Below are positions 45,637-54,578 of a stretch of 64,000 bases of DNA, piece by piece; positions within the stretch are counted from its first letter, which is position 1; each line of letters begins with the position of its first letter. The stretch is from Actinomycetes bacterium (GTDB lineage Bacteria > Actinomycetota > Coriobacteriia > Coriobacteriales > UBA8131): contig WRGR01000045.1 in assembly GCA_009787085.1 (NCBI GenBank), positions 64,075 through 128,074 on the forward strand, in the 5' to 3' direction. Made by a program: the position numbers and the translations under genes. The notes beneath the pieces are model-generated. The model was not told the DNA's origin. It made no database searches and saw only the letters and a program-made list of their open reading frames with translations.

Positions 45637-47133
45637 TTATGATTCTTCGCGCATATGGGGAAAGAGCAGCACATCCCGGATGGATGCCGAATCGGTAAGC
45701 AACATCACCAAACGATCGATACCGATGCCGACTCCGCCAGCTGGCGGCATACCGTACTCCAAGGCCCGAATGTAGTCTTCGTCATACCCCATTGCCTCTT
45801 CGTCACCGGCAGCCTTCGCCGCCATTTGGGCGGCGAAACGTTCCTGTTGGTCAACCGGGTCGTTAAGCTCTGAGAAGGCGTTGGCATACTCAGAACCACA
45901 AATCAAAAGTTCAAAACGATCGGTGACATTAGGGTCGTCGGCTTTCTTTTTCGCCAGTGGCGAAGTTTCCAGCGGGTGTTCAGTCACAAACGTGGGCTGT
46001 ATCAGATGATGTTCGACCAGCTTCTCATACAGCTCAGTGATTATCTTACCTTTCCCCCAAGACTCTTGTAAGGAAATCTGATACTGGTTCGCTAAGATTT
46101 TTAGTTCTGTTAGTGTCCTGTTAAACGACACCTCTTCACCCGCTGCCTCGCTCACCAGATCGATCATCGTCTTACTATCCCACTCGCCACCAAGGTCAAT
46201 GGCCTGTCCCTGATACTCTATCTGCAGACAGCCATTGGCAGCCTGGCAGGCTTCTTGGATGATGTAGCGGGTCAGCTCCTTCATGCCGTTGATGTCGGTA
46301 AATGCTTGATAGGCCTCAAAGGTGGTGAACTCCGGGTTATGGAAGGGGTCCATGCCCTCGTTGCGAAAGTTGCGGTTAATCTCGAAAACCCGCTCAAAGC
46401 CGCCGACCAGCAGCCGTTTGAGATGCAGCTCAGGAGCCACACGCAGGTAGAAGTCACGGCTGAGAGTGTTATGGAAGGTACTGAAGGGGCGGGCGGTGGC
46501 ACCACCGGGAATGGGATGGAGCATCGGTGTCTCCACCTCGACGAAGCCGCGGGCTTGAGCGGCCGTGCGAATGGCGGCGATGATCGCAAAGCGCTTGCTG
46601 AAGACCTCTTTGACTTCCGGGTTGACGATCAGGTCAACGTAGCGTTGGCGATAGCGGGTCTCTTTGTTCACCAGGCCATGGAACTTCTCCGGCAATGGCC
46701 TTAGCGACTTGGAAAGCAGGGTGATTTGGCTGGGAAGCACGGAGAGTTGGCCGCGACGGCTGCGCAACATACTGCCCTCAGCACCTATCCAGTCCCCACA
46801 GTCGAGATCCTTGGCTGCGGCAAACTGCTCATGACCAAGCACGTCTTGGCGCACAAAGAGCTGGAGGTCACCCGTAGCGTCTCGGAGCACAACAAACATC
46901 AGCTTGCCTTGGTCACGGATAGCCATCACCCGACCGGCCACACTGACCACATCGTCGGTGCTAGCACCGTCCTCCAAGTCACAGTAGCGCTCCTCCAGAT
47001 CGACGGTATGCGCCGTGACTTCAAAGCTACGCCGATAAGGCTCTTGGGCAGATTCGATCAGTCGCTGGCGCTTGGCCCGGCGGCGCTCGCTGTCTTCGGT
47101 CGAGACTTGATCCGGCAAGTTGTCTGTCGCCAC
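45637..47133 (-). CDS. lysS: Lysine--tRNA ligase (class II)
   Basis: OB-fold N-terminal domain, FRNEGMD, and class II motifs through the C-terminus GIGIDRLVMLL. Confidence 0.93.
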   Translation of the reverse strand: MATDNLPDQVSTEDSERRRAKRQRLIESAQEPYRRSFEVTAHTVDLEERYCDLEDGASTDDVVSVAGRVMAIRDQGKLMFVVLRDATGDLQLFVRQDVLGHEQFAAAKDLDCGDWIGAEGSMLRSRRGQLSVLPSQITLLSKSLRPLPEKFHGLVNKETRYRQRYVDLIVNPEVKEVFSKRFAIIAAIRTAAQARGFVEVETPMLHPIPGGATARPFSTFHNTLSRDFYLRVAPELHLKRLLVGGFERVFEINRNFRNEGMDPFHNPEFTTFEAYQAFTDINGMKELTRYIIQEACQAANGCLQIEYQGQAIDLGGEWDSKTMIDLVSEAAGEEVSFNRTLTELKILANQYQISLQESWGKGKIITELYEKLVEHHLIQPTFVTEHPLETSPLAKKKADDPNVTDRFELLICGSEYANAFSELNDPVDQQERFAAQMAAKAAGDEEAMGYDEDYIRALEYGMPPAGGVGIGIDRLVMLLTDSASIRDVLLFPHMREES

Positions 47134-47136
47134 AGT

Positions 47137-47604
47137 TCAGCCGATCTTCATAATCGTCAGTTCCAAGGTATTGCCGTTGGGCAGCTCAGCAGTGGCGACT
47201 TCGCCCTTCTTCTTGCCCAGCAACGCCGCGCCCACCGGCGACTCGTTGGAGATGCGGCCCTCTGAGGAATCCGCCTCGGCAGCTCCGACGATGGTAAAGC
47301 GGCGCTCTTCGCCATCGGCCATTTTAACCAAGACGCTCGACCCCACAGATACCTTGCTTGGCCGCTTGGGCGGCTCGGCGATCACCGATCTGGCCAAAAC
47401 CTGTGTGATCTCAGCAATCCGGCTTTCCAGCCAAGCCTGCGCGTTTTTGGCATCATCATACTCGGAGTTCTCACTAATATCGCCGAACTCCCGTGCTATC
47501 CTGATCCGCTCGCCGATCTCGACGCGCTTCACCGTTTCCAGCTCATATAGCTCTTGTTCCAGCTTCTGTTTACCTTCAGCTGTAAGCATAGTCTCTTTCG
47601 CCAC
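47137..47604 (-). CDS. greA: Transcription elongation factor GreA
   Basis: LTAEGKQKLEQELYELETVKRVEIGERIRIAREFGDISENSEYDDAK. The start is ambiguous: GTG at 47604 lies 10 nt after GAAGGAG, with an ATG at 47589 as the alternative. The ORF-track start at 47664 is unlikely. Confidence 0.88.
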   Translation of the reverse strand: MAKETMLTAEGKQKLEQELYELETVKRVEIGERIRIAREFGDISENSEYDDAKNAQAWLESRIAEITQVLARSVIAEPPKRPSKVSVGSSVLVKMADGEERRFTIVGAAEADSSEGRISNESPVGAALLGKKKGEVATAELPNGNTLELTIMKIG

Positions 47605-47701
47605 GGCGCTCACTCTCCTTCGCAGTCCGCTTGGTTGAAACAAACAACGCGGTGAACGTAACAATAGTCACGCACACCGCGCAAATCCATCGACGCTTCC
47701 G

Positions 47702-47989
47702 TTAGTTTGAAGAGGACTTCCTAGCCCGTTTTTTCTTGGGAGCAGGCTCTTCTTCCTCGTATTCTTCCTCGTCGTCAACACTCTCTTCCGCGTTAACGAT
47801 CTCTCCTTCGTCCAGCTCCTTACCCTCAATGCCATCTCGGACATTCTTCACAGTCCGACCTAAAGACGCACCGAGCTTCGGCAGGTTCCTCGGGCCAAAG
47901 ATCAAGAGCACTACCACTAAGATGATGACAAGTTCCATAGGGCCCATCCCGAGAAACCTGGCAGCATACATCACAGGCATCTGCATCAT
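47702..47989 (-). CDS. tatA: Twin-arginine translocase subunit TatA/E
   Basis: MELVIILVVVLLIFGPRNLPKLGASLGRTVKNVRDG followed by an acidic tail. Start is ambiguous among 47947 (homologue-length MGPMEL), 47989 (after GGAG) and 48007. Confidence 0.8.
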   Translation of the reverse strand: MMQMPVMYAARFLGMGPMELVIILVVVLLIFGPRNLPKLGASLGRTVKNVRDGIEGKELDEGEIVNAEESVDDEEEYEEEEPAPKKKRARKSSSN

Positions 47990-48016
47990 ATTTTCTCCAA
48001 TATCCAATCATGATCG

Positions 48017-48133
48017 GAATGCCGAGAGCAACCGACCCGTTTTCATTGCAAAGTGCAGACGATAGGTTACCACGAAACCAAGGCGCTGTCTGCACTGAAG
48101 CCCGAAAAGGCGATCCACGATTGATCGGCATTT
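48017..48133. repeat. Possible divergent member of the TIR repeat family
   Basis: The ends GAATGCCGA and TCGGCATTT are inverted repeats related to AGATGCCGA. It shares the internal TCATTGC block with the 51140 copy and has an internal stem GTGCAGAC...GTCTGCAC. Confidence 0.35.
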
Positions 48134-48135
48134 AC

Positions 48136-48990
48136 CTAACCCCGCCGTGGCGCCAGACGGGCGTTGGTCTCTAGCCAGCCTTCGACAGTGCCTACGTCAT
48201 AGCCTTCTTCAGCATCGATGACCAAGGCATACATCTCCTCTTCGGCCAACAGCGCCACCATCGCGTCAGTAAGCTGGATCTCACCGCCAGCACCCGGTTT
48301 GGTTTCAGCCAAAAGCTCCATGATCCGCGGCGAGAACAGGTAGCGCCCGAATATCGCCAGGCGGCTGGGAGCAGCTTCTGGGCTGGGCTTCTCCACCAGC
48401 TGCTCTACCTGCCAAACGCCTTCCGTCGCCTGTAGCGGGCAACCACCAATAATGCCATAGCGACCGACTTCCTCGGCCGGCACCTCGACCACGGCTATCA
48501 CGTTGGCTTGCCGATGGGCTTCGGAGATGGCCTTCATCCGGGGCAACAGCTGTGCATCGGGTATCAAGGCATCTCCGAGCAGCACGTAAAAGGGCTCAGG
48601 TGTTGGGCTACCCGAGCCGCTCGGATCACTCGGGCTGCCCAACACCGCCCCGCTGGCCGAGAGTACTGCGTGCCCCAATCCCAAAGGCGCAGACTGGTAG
48701 ACAAAGCCCACGGGCATCTTGCCAACCGCCTCCACCGCTTGGGCATAATCGTGCTTGCCAGCTGCCAGCAATTGGGCGACCAGCTCCGGGTCAGGCGAAA
48801 AGTGCCGTTCAATGGCCGGTTTTGCCCGATTGGTAATCACCAGCACCTCGTCGGAGCCGGCCACCAAAGCCTCTTCCACCACATATTGGATCGCCGGCTT
48901 GTCCAACACTGGCAGCATTTCTTTGGGAACCGCCTTGGTGGCTGGCAAAAAGCGAGTTCCAAGGCCGGCGGCAGGAATTAGTGCTTTCAT
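48136..48990 (-). CDS. galU: UTP--glucose-1-phosphate uridylyltransferase
   Basis: MKALIPAAGLGTRFLPATKAVPKEMLPVLDKPAIQYVVEE. Confidence 0.9.
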   Translation of the reverse strand: MKALIPAAGLGTRFLPATKAVPKEMLPVLDKPAIQYVVEEALVAGSDEVLVITNRAKPAIERHFSPDPELVAQLLAAGKHDYAQAVEAVGKMPVGFVYQSAPLGLGHAVLSASGAVLGSPSDPSGSGSPTPEPFYVLLGDALIPDAQLLPRMKAISEAHRQANVIAVVEVPAEEVGRYGIIGGCPLQATEGVWQVEQLVEKPSPEAAPSRLAIFGRYLFSPRIMELLAETKPGAGGEIQLTDAMVALLAEEEMYALVIDAEEGYDVGTVEGWLETNARLAPRRG

Positions 48991-49306
48991 GGGTTTGGTC
49001 TCCTTAATTCCAAGCAGCAGGGCGCCAGCCCTCCTGTTTGAATGGTATATCCAGCTAATAATCTTAACTTTTCACACTGCGTATCAAGACAGTATCTGTC
49101 ATAATAGCGTAAGAGGAAAAACCAGTGTGGCAAGTCCTATATAACAACTGTCCTCCTACATGTCCTCCGGGGATTCCCGAGAGGACGCATAGGCTGCAGC
49201 AGGTACCCCCAATCCTGTACGCCCCCTGTGGCCTATGTGTTCTCTCGGGAATTTAGGAAAACACCGTTTTAATCATGTTACGTCATTTGGAGAATCCGGA
49301 GAACGA

Positions 49307-51085
49307 ATGAAAACAAGTGGGTCAATCCAGAACATTTCCATTTCCAACCCGAACGGCCCTCGAATCGATAGTGTTCATTTTGGAACAGACGGCTGGCGGG
49401 CAATTCTGGACGAGGACTTCAACCCCTGCTCTGTGGCTAGGGTAGCCGATGCCTGCGCTCGGGCATTCTCCCGTCAGCTAGACGACTGGGCGGCCAACGC
49501 TGCATCTGGGAGAACCGCCACTGCTGTCGACGATATCAGCGGCGCCGTTGCTGCTGCTGCCAACGGTGCCAGCAGCGCCATTGCTGCTGCCAACATTACC
49601 CTCAACGCATTGGCCACGTCTAGACGAACGGGGCAAACGGAGCAACAACCGGCCTTGGTTATCGGCTATGACTGCCGTCGGGAGGCCGGCAAATATGCAG
49701 CCTTGGTTGCTGCCGTAGTCGCCGCTCACGGGTTTCAGGCCATAGTCTCCGACCGCTATTGTCCCACACCGGCACTCTGTTGGTCGATTGCCCATCTTCC
49801 TCAAGCCATCGGCGGCATCATGCTCACGTCTTCCCATAACCCTGCTGAATACCTAGGTATCAAGCTGCGCATGGCCGACGGTGGTGCCTCGCCTAAGAGT
49901 TTCACTGACGAAGTGGAATCATTGCTCTCAGACGATCTGCCAGACTGCTACCCCCATGCCTTGGCGGCCTTTGCGGCAGCGGTCAACGCCACCCCGGAGA
50001 ACCCGGCATCAGCACTGAGCTTGGCACCGGAGCTTTGTTTCGCCAACCTGATGGGCGACTATCTGGAGGCACTGGTGGCCAGCGTCGATACCGAGATGAT
50101 CCGTCAGGCAGAGCTGCAGGTGGTGCTCGACCCGCTGTTCGGTGCTGGGCGCGGCTACCAAGCACAAGTGCTGGCCAACATGGGGGTACAGGTATCCGAG
50201 GTCAATGGTGCTGCCGACCCCAGCTTCCAAGGCTTGCATCCAGAGCCGATACTGCCTTGGGTAAGCACCGGCCAAGCCGAAGTGGTGTGCTTGGGCTATG
50301 ATGCCTGCCTGATCACCGACGGTGATGCCGACCGCATCGGTGCCATTGATGAGCATGGCAACTACGTTACCTCACACCGCATCATGGCCTTGCTCATCTC
50401 GCATCTAGCCGAGGACCGCGGCCAGCGCGGTCGGGTGGTGCGCACCTCGGCCGGCTCGAACCTCTTGATGCGTCAGTGCCAACGCCTAGGACTAGAGCTG
50501 GCCACCCGTCCGATCGGCTTCAAGTGGATCTATGCGGAAATGCTAAAAGGCGACGTACTGATCGGCGGTGAGGAAAGCGGCGGTATCGGCTTTCCGACGC
50601 ATGTTCGCGAACGCGACGGACTGCTGGCCGGGCTGCTGCTGGTAGAAATGATGGCGCAGCGGCAAAAATCGCTCTCAGCGCTGGTCGAAGAGTTGCTGGC
50701 CGAACTGGGCTGCTTGGAGTATGCCCGCCGCGATCTGCGTTTAAGCGAAAGCCAAAAAACGCAATTTGTAGAGAAACACCTGGCAGTGGCAAGCAGCGAA
50801 GCTCCCGGCGGCCTATCTGCTGGAGACATCTCCCCCTGCCCAGCGGCCGTCGGCGGCAATGCCCTGCCCTCATTCTACCAACCACTCTTTGCGGCACTCC
50901 ATGAAGAGCTGATAGATGTGGATCAAAGTGACGGCATCATGTTCCGCTTCGCCTCCGATGCTTGGCTGCTGGTACGCACTTCCGGCACTGAGCCGCTGGT
51001 CAGGGTGTATTCCGAAGCCAGCGACAAAAGCCGGGTGGATGAGCTGTTGGACATCGGCTGCGCACTGGCCGAGGGCGAGATTTAA
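49307..51085 (+). CDS. Phosphoglucomutase/phosphomannomutase-family phosphohexomutase
   Basis: FGTDGWRA, catalytic loop TSSHNPAEYLGIK and Mg loop DGDADR. The ATG at 49307 is preferred over the ORF-track start at 49235. There is an Ala-rich insertion near the N-terminus. Confidence 0.85.
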   Translation: MKTSGSIQNISISNPNGPRIDSVHFGTDGWRAILDEDFNPCSVARVADACARAFSRQLDDWAANAASGRTATAVDDISGAVAAAANGASSAIAAANITLNALATSRRTGQTEQQPALVIGYDCRREAGKYAALVAAVVAAHGFQAIVSDRYCPTPALCWSIAHLPQAIGGIMLTSSHNPAEYLGIKLRMADGGASPKSFTDEVESLLSDDLPDCYPHALAAFAAAVNATPENPASALSLAPELCFANLMGDYLEALVASVDTEMIRQAELQVVLDPLFGAGRGYQAQVLANMGVQVSEVNGAADPSFQGLHPEPILPWVSTGQAEVVCLGYDACLITDGDADRIGAIDEHGNYVTSHRIMALLISHLAEDRGQRGRVVRTSAGSNLLMRQCQRLGLELATRPIGFKWIYAEMLKGDVLIGGEESGGIGFPTHVRERDGLLAGLLLVEMMAQRQKSLSALVEELLAELGCLEYARRDLRLSESQKTQFVEKHLAVASSEAPGGLSAGDISPCPAAVGGNALPSFYQPLFAALHEELIDVDQSDGIMFRFASDAWLLVRTSGTEPLVRVYSEASDKSRVDELLDIGCALAEGEI

Positions 51086-51139
51086 GGAGGGGCCGCTCAG
51101 CTGGCAAGCTGGCATAGCGGCATTGATCGCTGTCTAGGA

Positions 51140-51264
51140 AGATGCCGATTAATCCCAAACCGCAGTCATTGCCGACTTGACCGCTAATCTTTCTCCTGAT
51201 CAGCAGGGCTAAATATTGTGACTCGGGAGCCCTGTGGGACGGAATTGTGAGTCGATCGGCGACT
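51140..51264 (+). repeat. Structured TIR repeat element, copy E1
   Basis: Aligns by eye over its whole length with the reverse complement of 58061-58186. Shared blocks are AGATGCCGATTAA, GTCATTGCCGACTTGACCG, CCTGATCAGCAGGG and CGGGAGCC. The right terminus is degenerate (GTCGATCGGCGACT). Confidence 0.7.
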
Positions 51265-51266
51265 CT

Positions 51267-51542
51267 TTAAACCTTGTACATAAAGTTGAAGAGGTCCTCA
51301 CGCTGCAACACCACCTGCATGTTCAAGGCGGCGGCATCAGCCGCCAAAAGCTCCTGTAACCCGTCAAAGCTGGTAATCTCTTCGTCCACCGTGACCAGCA
51401 TGGTCATTGAGAACATCTGGCCGAGGATGGTTTGCTGGATGTCATCGATGTTCGCCCCCGCCTGGTAAAGGGTGGTGGCTATCGTCGCCACCACACCCTT
51501 GCGGTCACGTCCGAGCACACTCAATACTGCCTTGGTCAACAT
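51267..51542 (-). CDS. ACT-domain protein (UPF0237-like)
   Basis: 91 aa: VLSVLGRDRKGVVATIATTLYQAGANIDDIQQTILGQMFSMTMLV. Confidence 0.8.
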   Translation of the reverse strand: MLTKAVLSVLGRDRKGVVATIATTLYQAGANIDDIQQTILGQMFSMTMLVTVDEEITSFDGLQELLAADAAALNMQVVLQREDLFNFMYKV

Positions 51543-51554
51543 AAACGCTCCTTG

Positions 51555-51681
51555 GAAGCCGACGGTCGTTACAAGTAGGCTCTTAAGCCCCAGTCAAGCC
51601 TCTCTATTATAGGGAAAGGGCTTGGCGAAACGCTTGGGGCAGCCCAGTTGCCAAGATGGCGTGGCCTGACTAATCGGCATC
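51555..51681 (-). repeat. Possible degenerate copy (E3) of the TIR repeat element
   Basis: The right end TAATCGGCATC (51671-51681) matches the element terminus exactly. The left end GAAGCCGACGG is only weakly similar. Interior similarity is limited (GCCCCA..., TTGCC...). Confidence 0.35.
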
Positions 51682-51698
51682 GCCGCCCTAAACCGATT

Positions 51699-51726
51699 TT
51701 GGCTTTCTTGGGGATGGATGTATAAT
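51699..51726 (+). promoter_or_regulatory. Candidate sigma-70-type promoter for the LCP gene
   Basis: TTGGCT (51699-51704), a 16 bp spacer, then TATAAT (51721-51726). It lies about 40 nt upstream of the GTG start, which follows AAAGGAG. Confidence 0.4.
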
Positions 51727-51767
51727 CGGATGGACACGTACCGAATCGGACAAAGGAGCTTTATCTG

Positions 51768-52886
51768 GTGGGTGAGATATACCGCCGTCCCAATAAAGAC
51801 CAATGTGGAGCAGAGGCTCCGCGCTCCGATGCCATGCAGGCCAACAGCCGCAGGGCTTGGGAAGAACGCTTGCAGGCCGAAGGCATGCCCAACGGCATGC
51901 CCGGTCGGAAGCGGCTTGGCCGCCGCCGTGCCAAAAAGATTGCCGTTGCTATCGGGGTCTGTCTGCTGGTGGCAATTGTCGGCCTTGGTGCTTGGCTGTT
52001 TTACTTCAACAACCAAATAAACGCCAACCTGCAGGACTTTGCCGCTGGTGATCTGGAGGCTTTACGGGGAATACTACAGGCACCAGCAAGCGCTGACAGC
52101 CCCTACTACGTGTTGGTGGTCGGAACAGACTCACGCGGGTCCAGCGACCCCGAGCGCTCGGACACCATCATGCTCTGCCGCATCGACCCGGTGAAGAAGC
52201 AGACCTCAATACTGTCGATTCCCCGTGATGTCAAAATCGAGCTGCCCGGCTATGGTGCCCAGAAGATCAACGCTGCCATGGTCTATGGCGGACCAGACGG
52301 GTCTGGCGGGCCAGCCGGAGTGGTCATGGCGGTATCGAATTTCGTGGGTGTGCCTATTTCGCACTATGTGCAAATAGATTTTTCCGGCTTCCGGAAAATC
52401 ATCGATGCCCTCGGCGGTGTCACGGTGACCGTCCCGGCCTACACCTATTACGACGGCATCTCGCTGCAACCCGGCAAGCAAAAACTCAACGGCAAACAGG
52501 CCTTGGTCTTCGCCCGGTGCCGCAAGACCTATGCCACTGGCGACTTTCAGCGTGCCGCCAACCAGCGCCAGTTGATGAAAGTAGTGGCCCAGGAGATCTT
52601 GGGATCGCCGCCGACCGAGATGCCCGGCCTGATCACCAGCATCTCCGAGTGTGTACGCACCGACCTAACTGCCAGCGGCATTCTGCAGATAGCAGACAGG
52701 ATGCGGGGCATGAACACCGCCAGCGACATGTCCGCCGGCCAAGTGCCCTGCACCGCTAGCTATATTTCCGGAGTCTCCTACGATCTCCCCGATGCCGACA
52801 AGTGGCCAGCAGTGAGACGGAAGTTCATCGACGGCGTGGTACCCTTCGTCTCCGACAGCGAAAAACAGCCAGGAGTCGACGAGTAG
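51768..52886 (+). CDS. LytR-CpsA-Psr (LCP) family cell-envelope transferase
   Basis: N-terminal TM anchor, then YYVLVVGTDSRG, RSDTIMLCRIDP, SIPRDV. Confidence 0.88.
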   Translation: MGEIYRRPNKDQCGAEAPRSDAMQANSRRAWEERLQAEGMPNGMPGRKRLGRRRAKKIAVAIGVCLLVAIVGLGAWLFYFNNQINANLQDFAAGDLEALRGILQAPASADSPYYVLVVGTDSRGSSDPERSDTIMLCRIDPVKKQTSILSIPRDVKIELPGYGAQKINAAMVYGGPDGSGGPAGVVMAVSNFVGVPISHYVQIDFSGFRKIIDALGGVTVTVPAYTYYDGISLQPGKQKLNGKQALVFARCRKTYATGDFQRAANQRQLMKVVAQEILGSPPTEMPGLITSISECVRTDLTASGILQIADRMRGMNTASDMSAGQVPCTASYISGVSYDLPDADKWPAVRRKFIDGVVPFVSDSEKQPGVDE

Positions 52887-52955
52887 GGAACGAGGGCGGC
52901 ATGCCTCGCCACAATATCACTTGAGGATCTCCTTCGGCATTCCCACTAGAATCAC

Positions 52956-53276
52956 TTACTTAGGCAGCAGCAAAGTGCGCGCCAAAGTCAGCCGCTGCTG
53001 CTCGCCGCCGGAAAGCAGCTTGGCTTTGTGCTTGGCTTTATCCTTGGCTTTGTGCTTGGCTTTGTGCTGCAGCCCTAGCTGCTCGAGCCGCTCGTTGATG
53101 GCCAAGTCAGCCTCTGCGAACCCGTTGTTGCCGGTCAGCACGAGGCATAGGAGCAAGTTGTCGTAGACGGTGAAATCTTCGAACAGGTTGTGATCCTGGA
53201 AAATGTAGCCCATGGCCTCCCGCAGCAGCCTCTTCTTCTCCTCTTCGTTGAGGGTATTTGTCGGCATCCTCGGCAT
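52956..53276 (-). pseudogene. Decayed ABC-transporter ATPase fragment (Q-loop to signature motif only)
   Basis: It encodes ...GYIFQDHNLF...LSGGEQQRLTLARTLLLPK then a stop. There is no Walker A upstream, where the sequence is AT-rich non-coding. Past the stop the frame reads VILVGMPKEILK instead of the expected Walker B ILLADEPT. It carries a (H/D)KAK x4 insertion just before LSGG. Confidence 0.7.
53019..53066 (-). repeat. 12 bp x4 tandem repeat inside the ABC fragment
   Basis: CTTGGCTTTGTG / CTTGGCTTTATC / CTTGGCTTTGTG / CTTGGCTTTGTG, encoding HKAK-HKAK-DKAK-HKAK on the minus strand. Confidence 0.9.
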
Positions 53277-53386
53277 TGTCCAAGCTCAACATATATTTTT
53301 ACCAATTCTACATATTTCTGAAAAATGGATACTTATTAAGTTATCAACTACTTCATCAGTCTTGGTTTAACGTTACCCCCAGCGGC

Positions 53387-54478
53387 TCATTCAGATCTTA
53401 CGGCTACCCGCAGACTAGCTGCAACCAGCAACAGACCGGCCACTACCAACGCTGCCACCAAAAGTACCGTCACACCCGTTAGGTCAGTGCCGCTAACAGC
53501 AGATACTGCAACGACTGGCACCACAGGTGAGCACCAAGCCGGCAGCGCCGACTCGGCCCAAAGCCCGCCACCGATGGTCATGCTCAGCAAGAACAGCGGT
53601 AGGAATAGCCAAGTCGTAGCATGGTGGCCAAACAGCTGTGCGGCCAAGCTGCCCAAAAGCGACACGTAGAGCACCACTGCCAGAAAACCAAGGCCGCACC
53701 AAAGGTCAGGCGCAGCGCCTAGCAACAGGGCCATGAAGGCCAGATAGAGCAGGATCACCACCGTCCAGACCAGCCAGACCACCGTCAAAGAAATCACAAG
53801 TTGACGCAGGTAGGCACGGCGGCCATGAACCAGCAGACGCTTATCCTGGTGGCTGGGAACTGTCAGGGCCGCATGCAAAAAGGCCAACAGCAACAGCAGG
53901 GCAGATACGCCATGCACCGGAGCCGGGCTGCCAGCGGGTATCGGAGTACCCGGGCCATCGTAGGCCACGTCCAACAGGTCACCGGTTGGAGGCAATGTGA
54001 CTTGGTTGTCTGCCGCGCTAAGGCTACCCAAAGCCACCTGAAGGGCATGTTTTGCCCGCATCTGCAATATCACATCAGCGATCTGCTCCCGAGCGAAGGC
54101 ATAGTTGGTGATCCCCGGAGCCAAACGATAGACCACCGGTAAGCGCTTGCCTTGGTCAAGGGCGTTGCCAAAGCCATCGGGAATAACCAGCAACCCTTGA
54201 ACAACATTTTGGGCAAACACCACCTCCGAGCTAAGGGAGTTGTCGACGCTGACAACATCTAGGCCGGAAATCGTGCTCAGGCCGTCTACCAGTTCAGAGG
54301 CCTGCGCAGAGCCATCGATATTTTGAACCGCTATGCTCAACGGCGGGTTGCGGTCGGCCAGCACATAGGAACTGGCCTGAGCCAACAGCAGTTGAAAAAC
54401 CACGACCACCACAAGCAACACCAAGAGGTGGCGCTGGGACTTCAGCTTCAACCAAAACTGCCCGGCCATCAGCACCAT
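53387..54478 (-). CDS. ABC-2-type transporter permease
   Basis: 363 aa with an N-terminal TM helix, a large extracytoplasmic loop and a C-terminal cluster of TM helices. It is the last intact gene of the exporter operon. Confidence 0.7.
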   Translation of the reverse strand: MVLMAGQFWLKLKSQRHLLVLLVVVVVFQLLLAQASSYVLADRNPPLSIAVQNIDGSAQASELVDGLSTISGLDVVSVDNSLSSEVVFAQNVVQGLLVIPDGFGNALDQGKRLPVVYRLAPGITNYAFAREQIADVILQMRAKHALQVALGSLSAADNQVTLPPTGDLLDVAYDGPGTPIPAGSPAPVHGVSALLLLLAFLHAALTVPSHQDKRLLVHGRRAYLRQLVISLTVVWLVWTVVILLYLAFMALLLGAAPDLWCGLGFLAVVLYVSLLGSLAAQLFGHHATTWLFLPLFLLSMTIGGGLWAESALPAWCSPVVPVVAVSAVSGTDLTGVTVLLVAALVVAGLLLVAASLRVAVRSE

Positions 54479-54578
54479 CGCCTAATGAAGCGCTGATTCA
54501 ATGCAAAAGGCCTGTTATTGCAGATCAGATCCGCAATGACTGTAGTTTGGCCATGATTGGCCAACATTTTGCTAGCAC

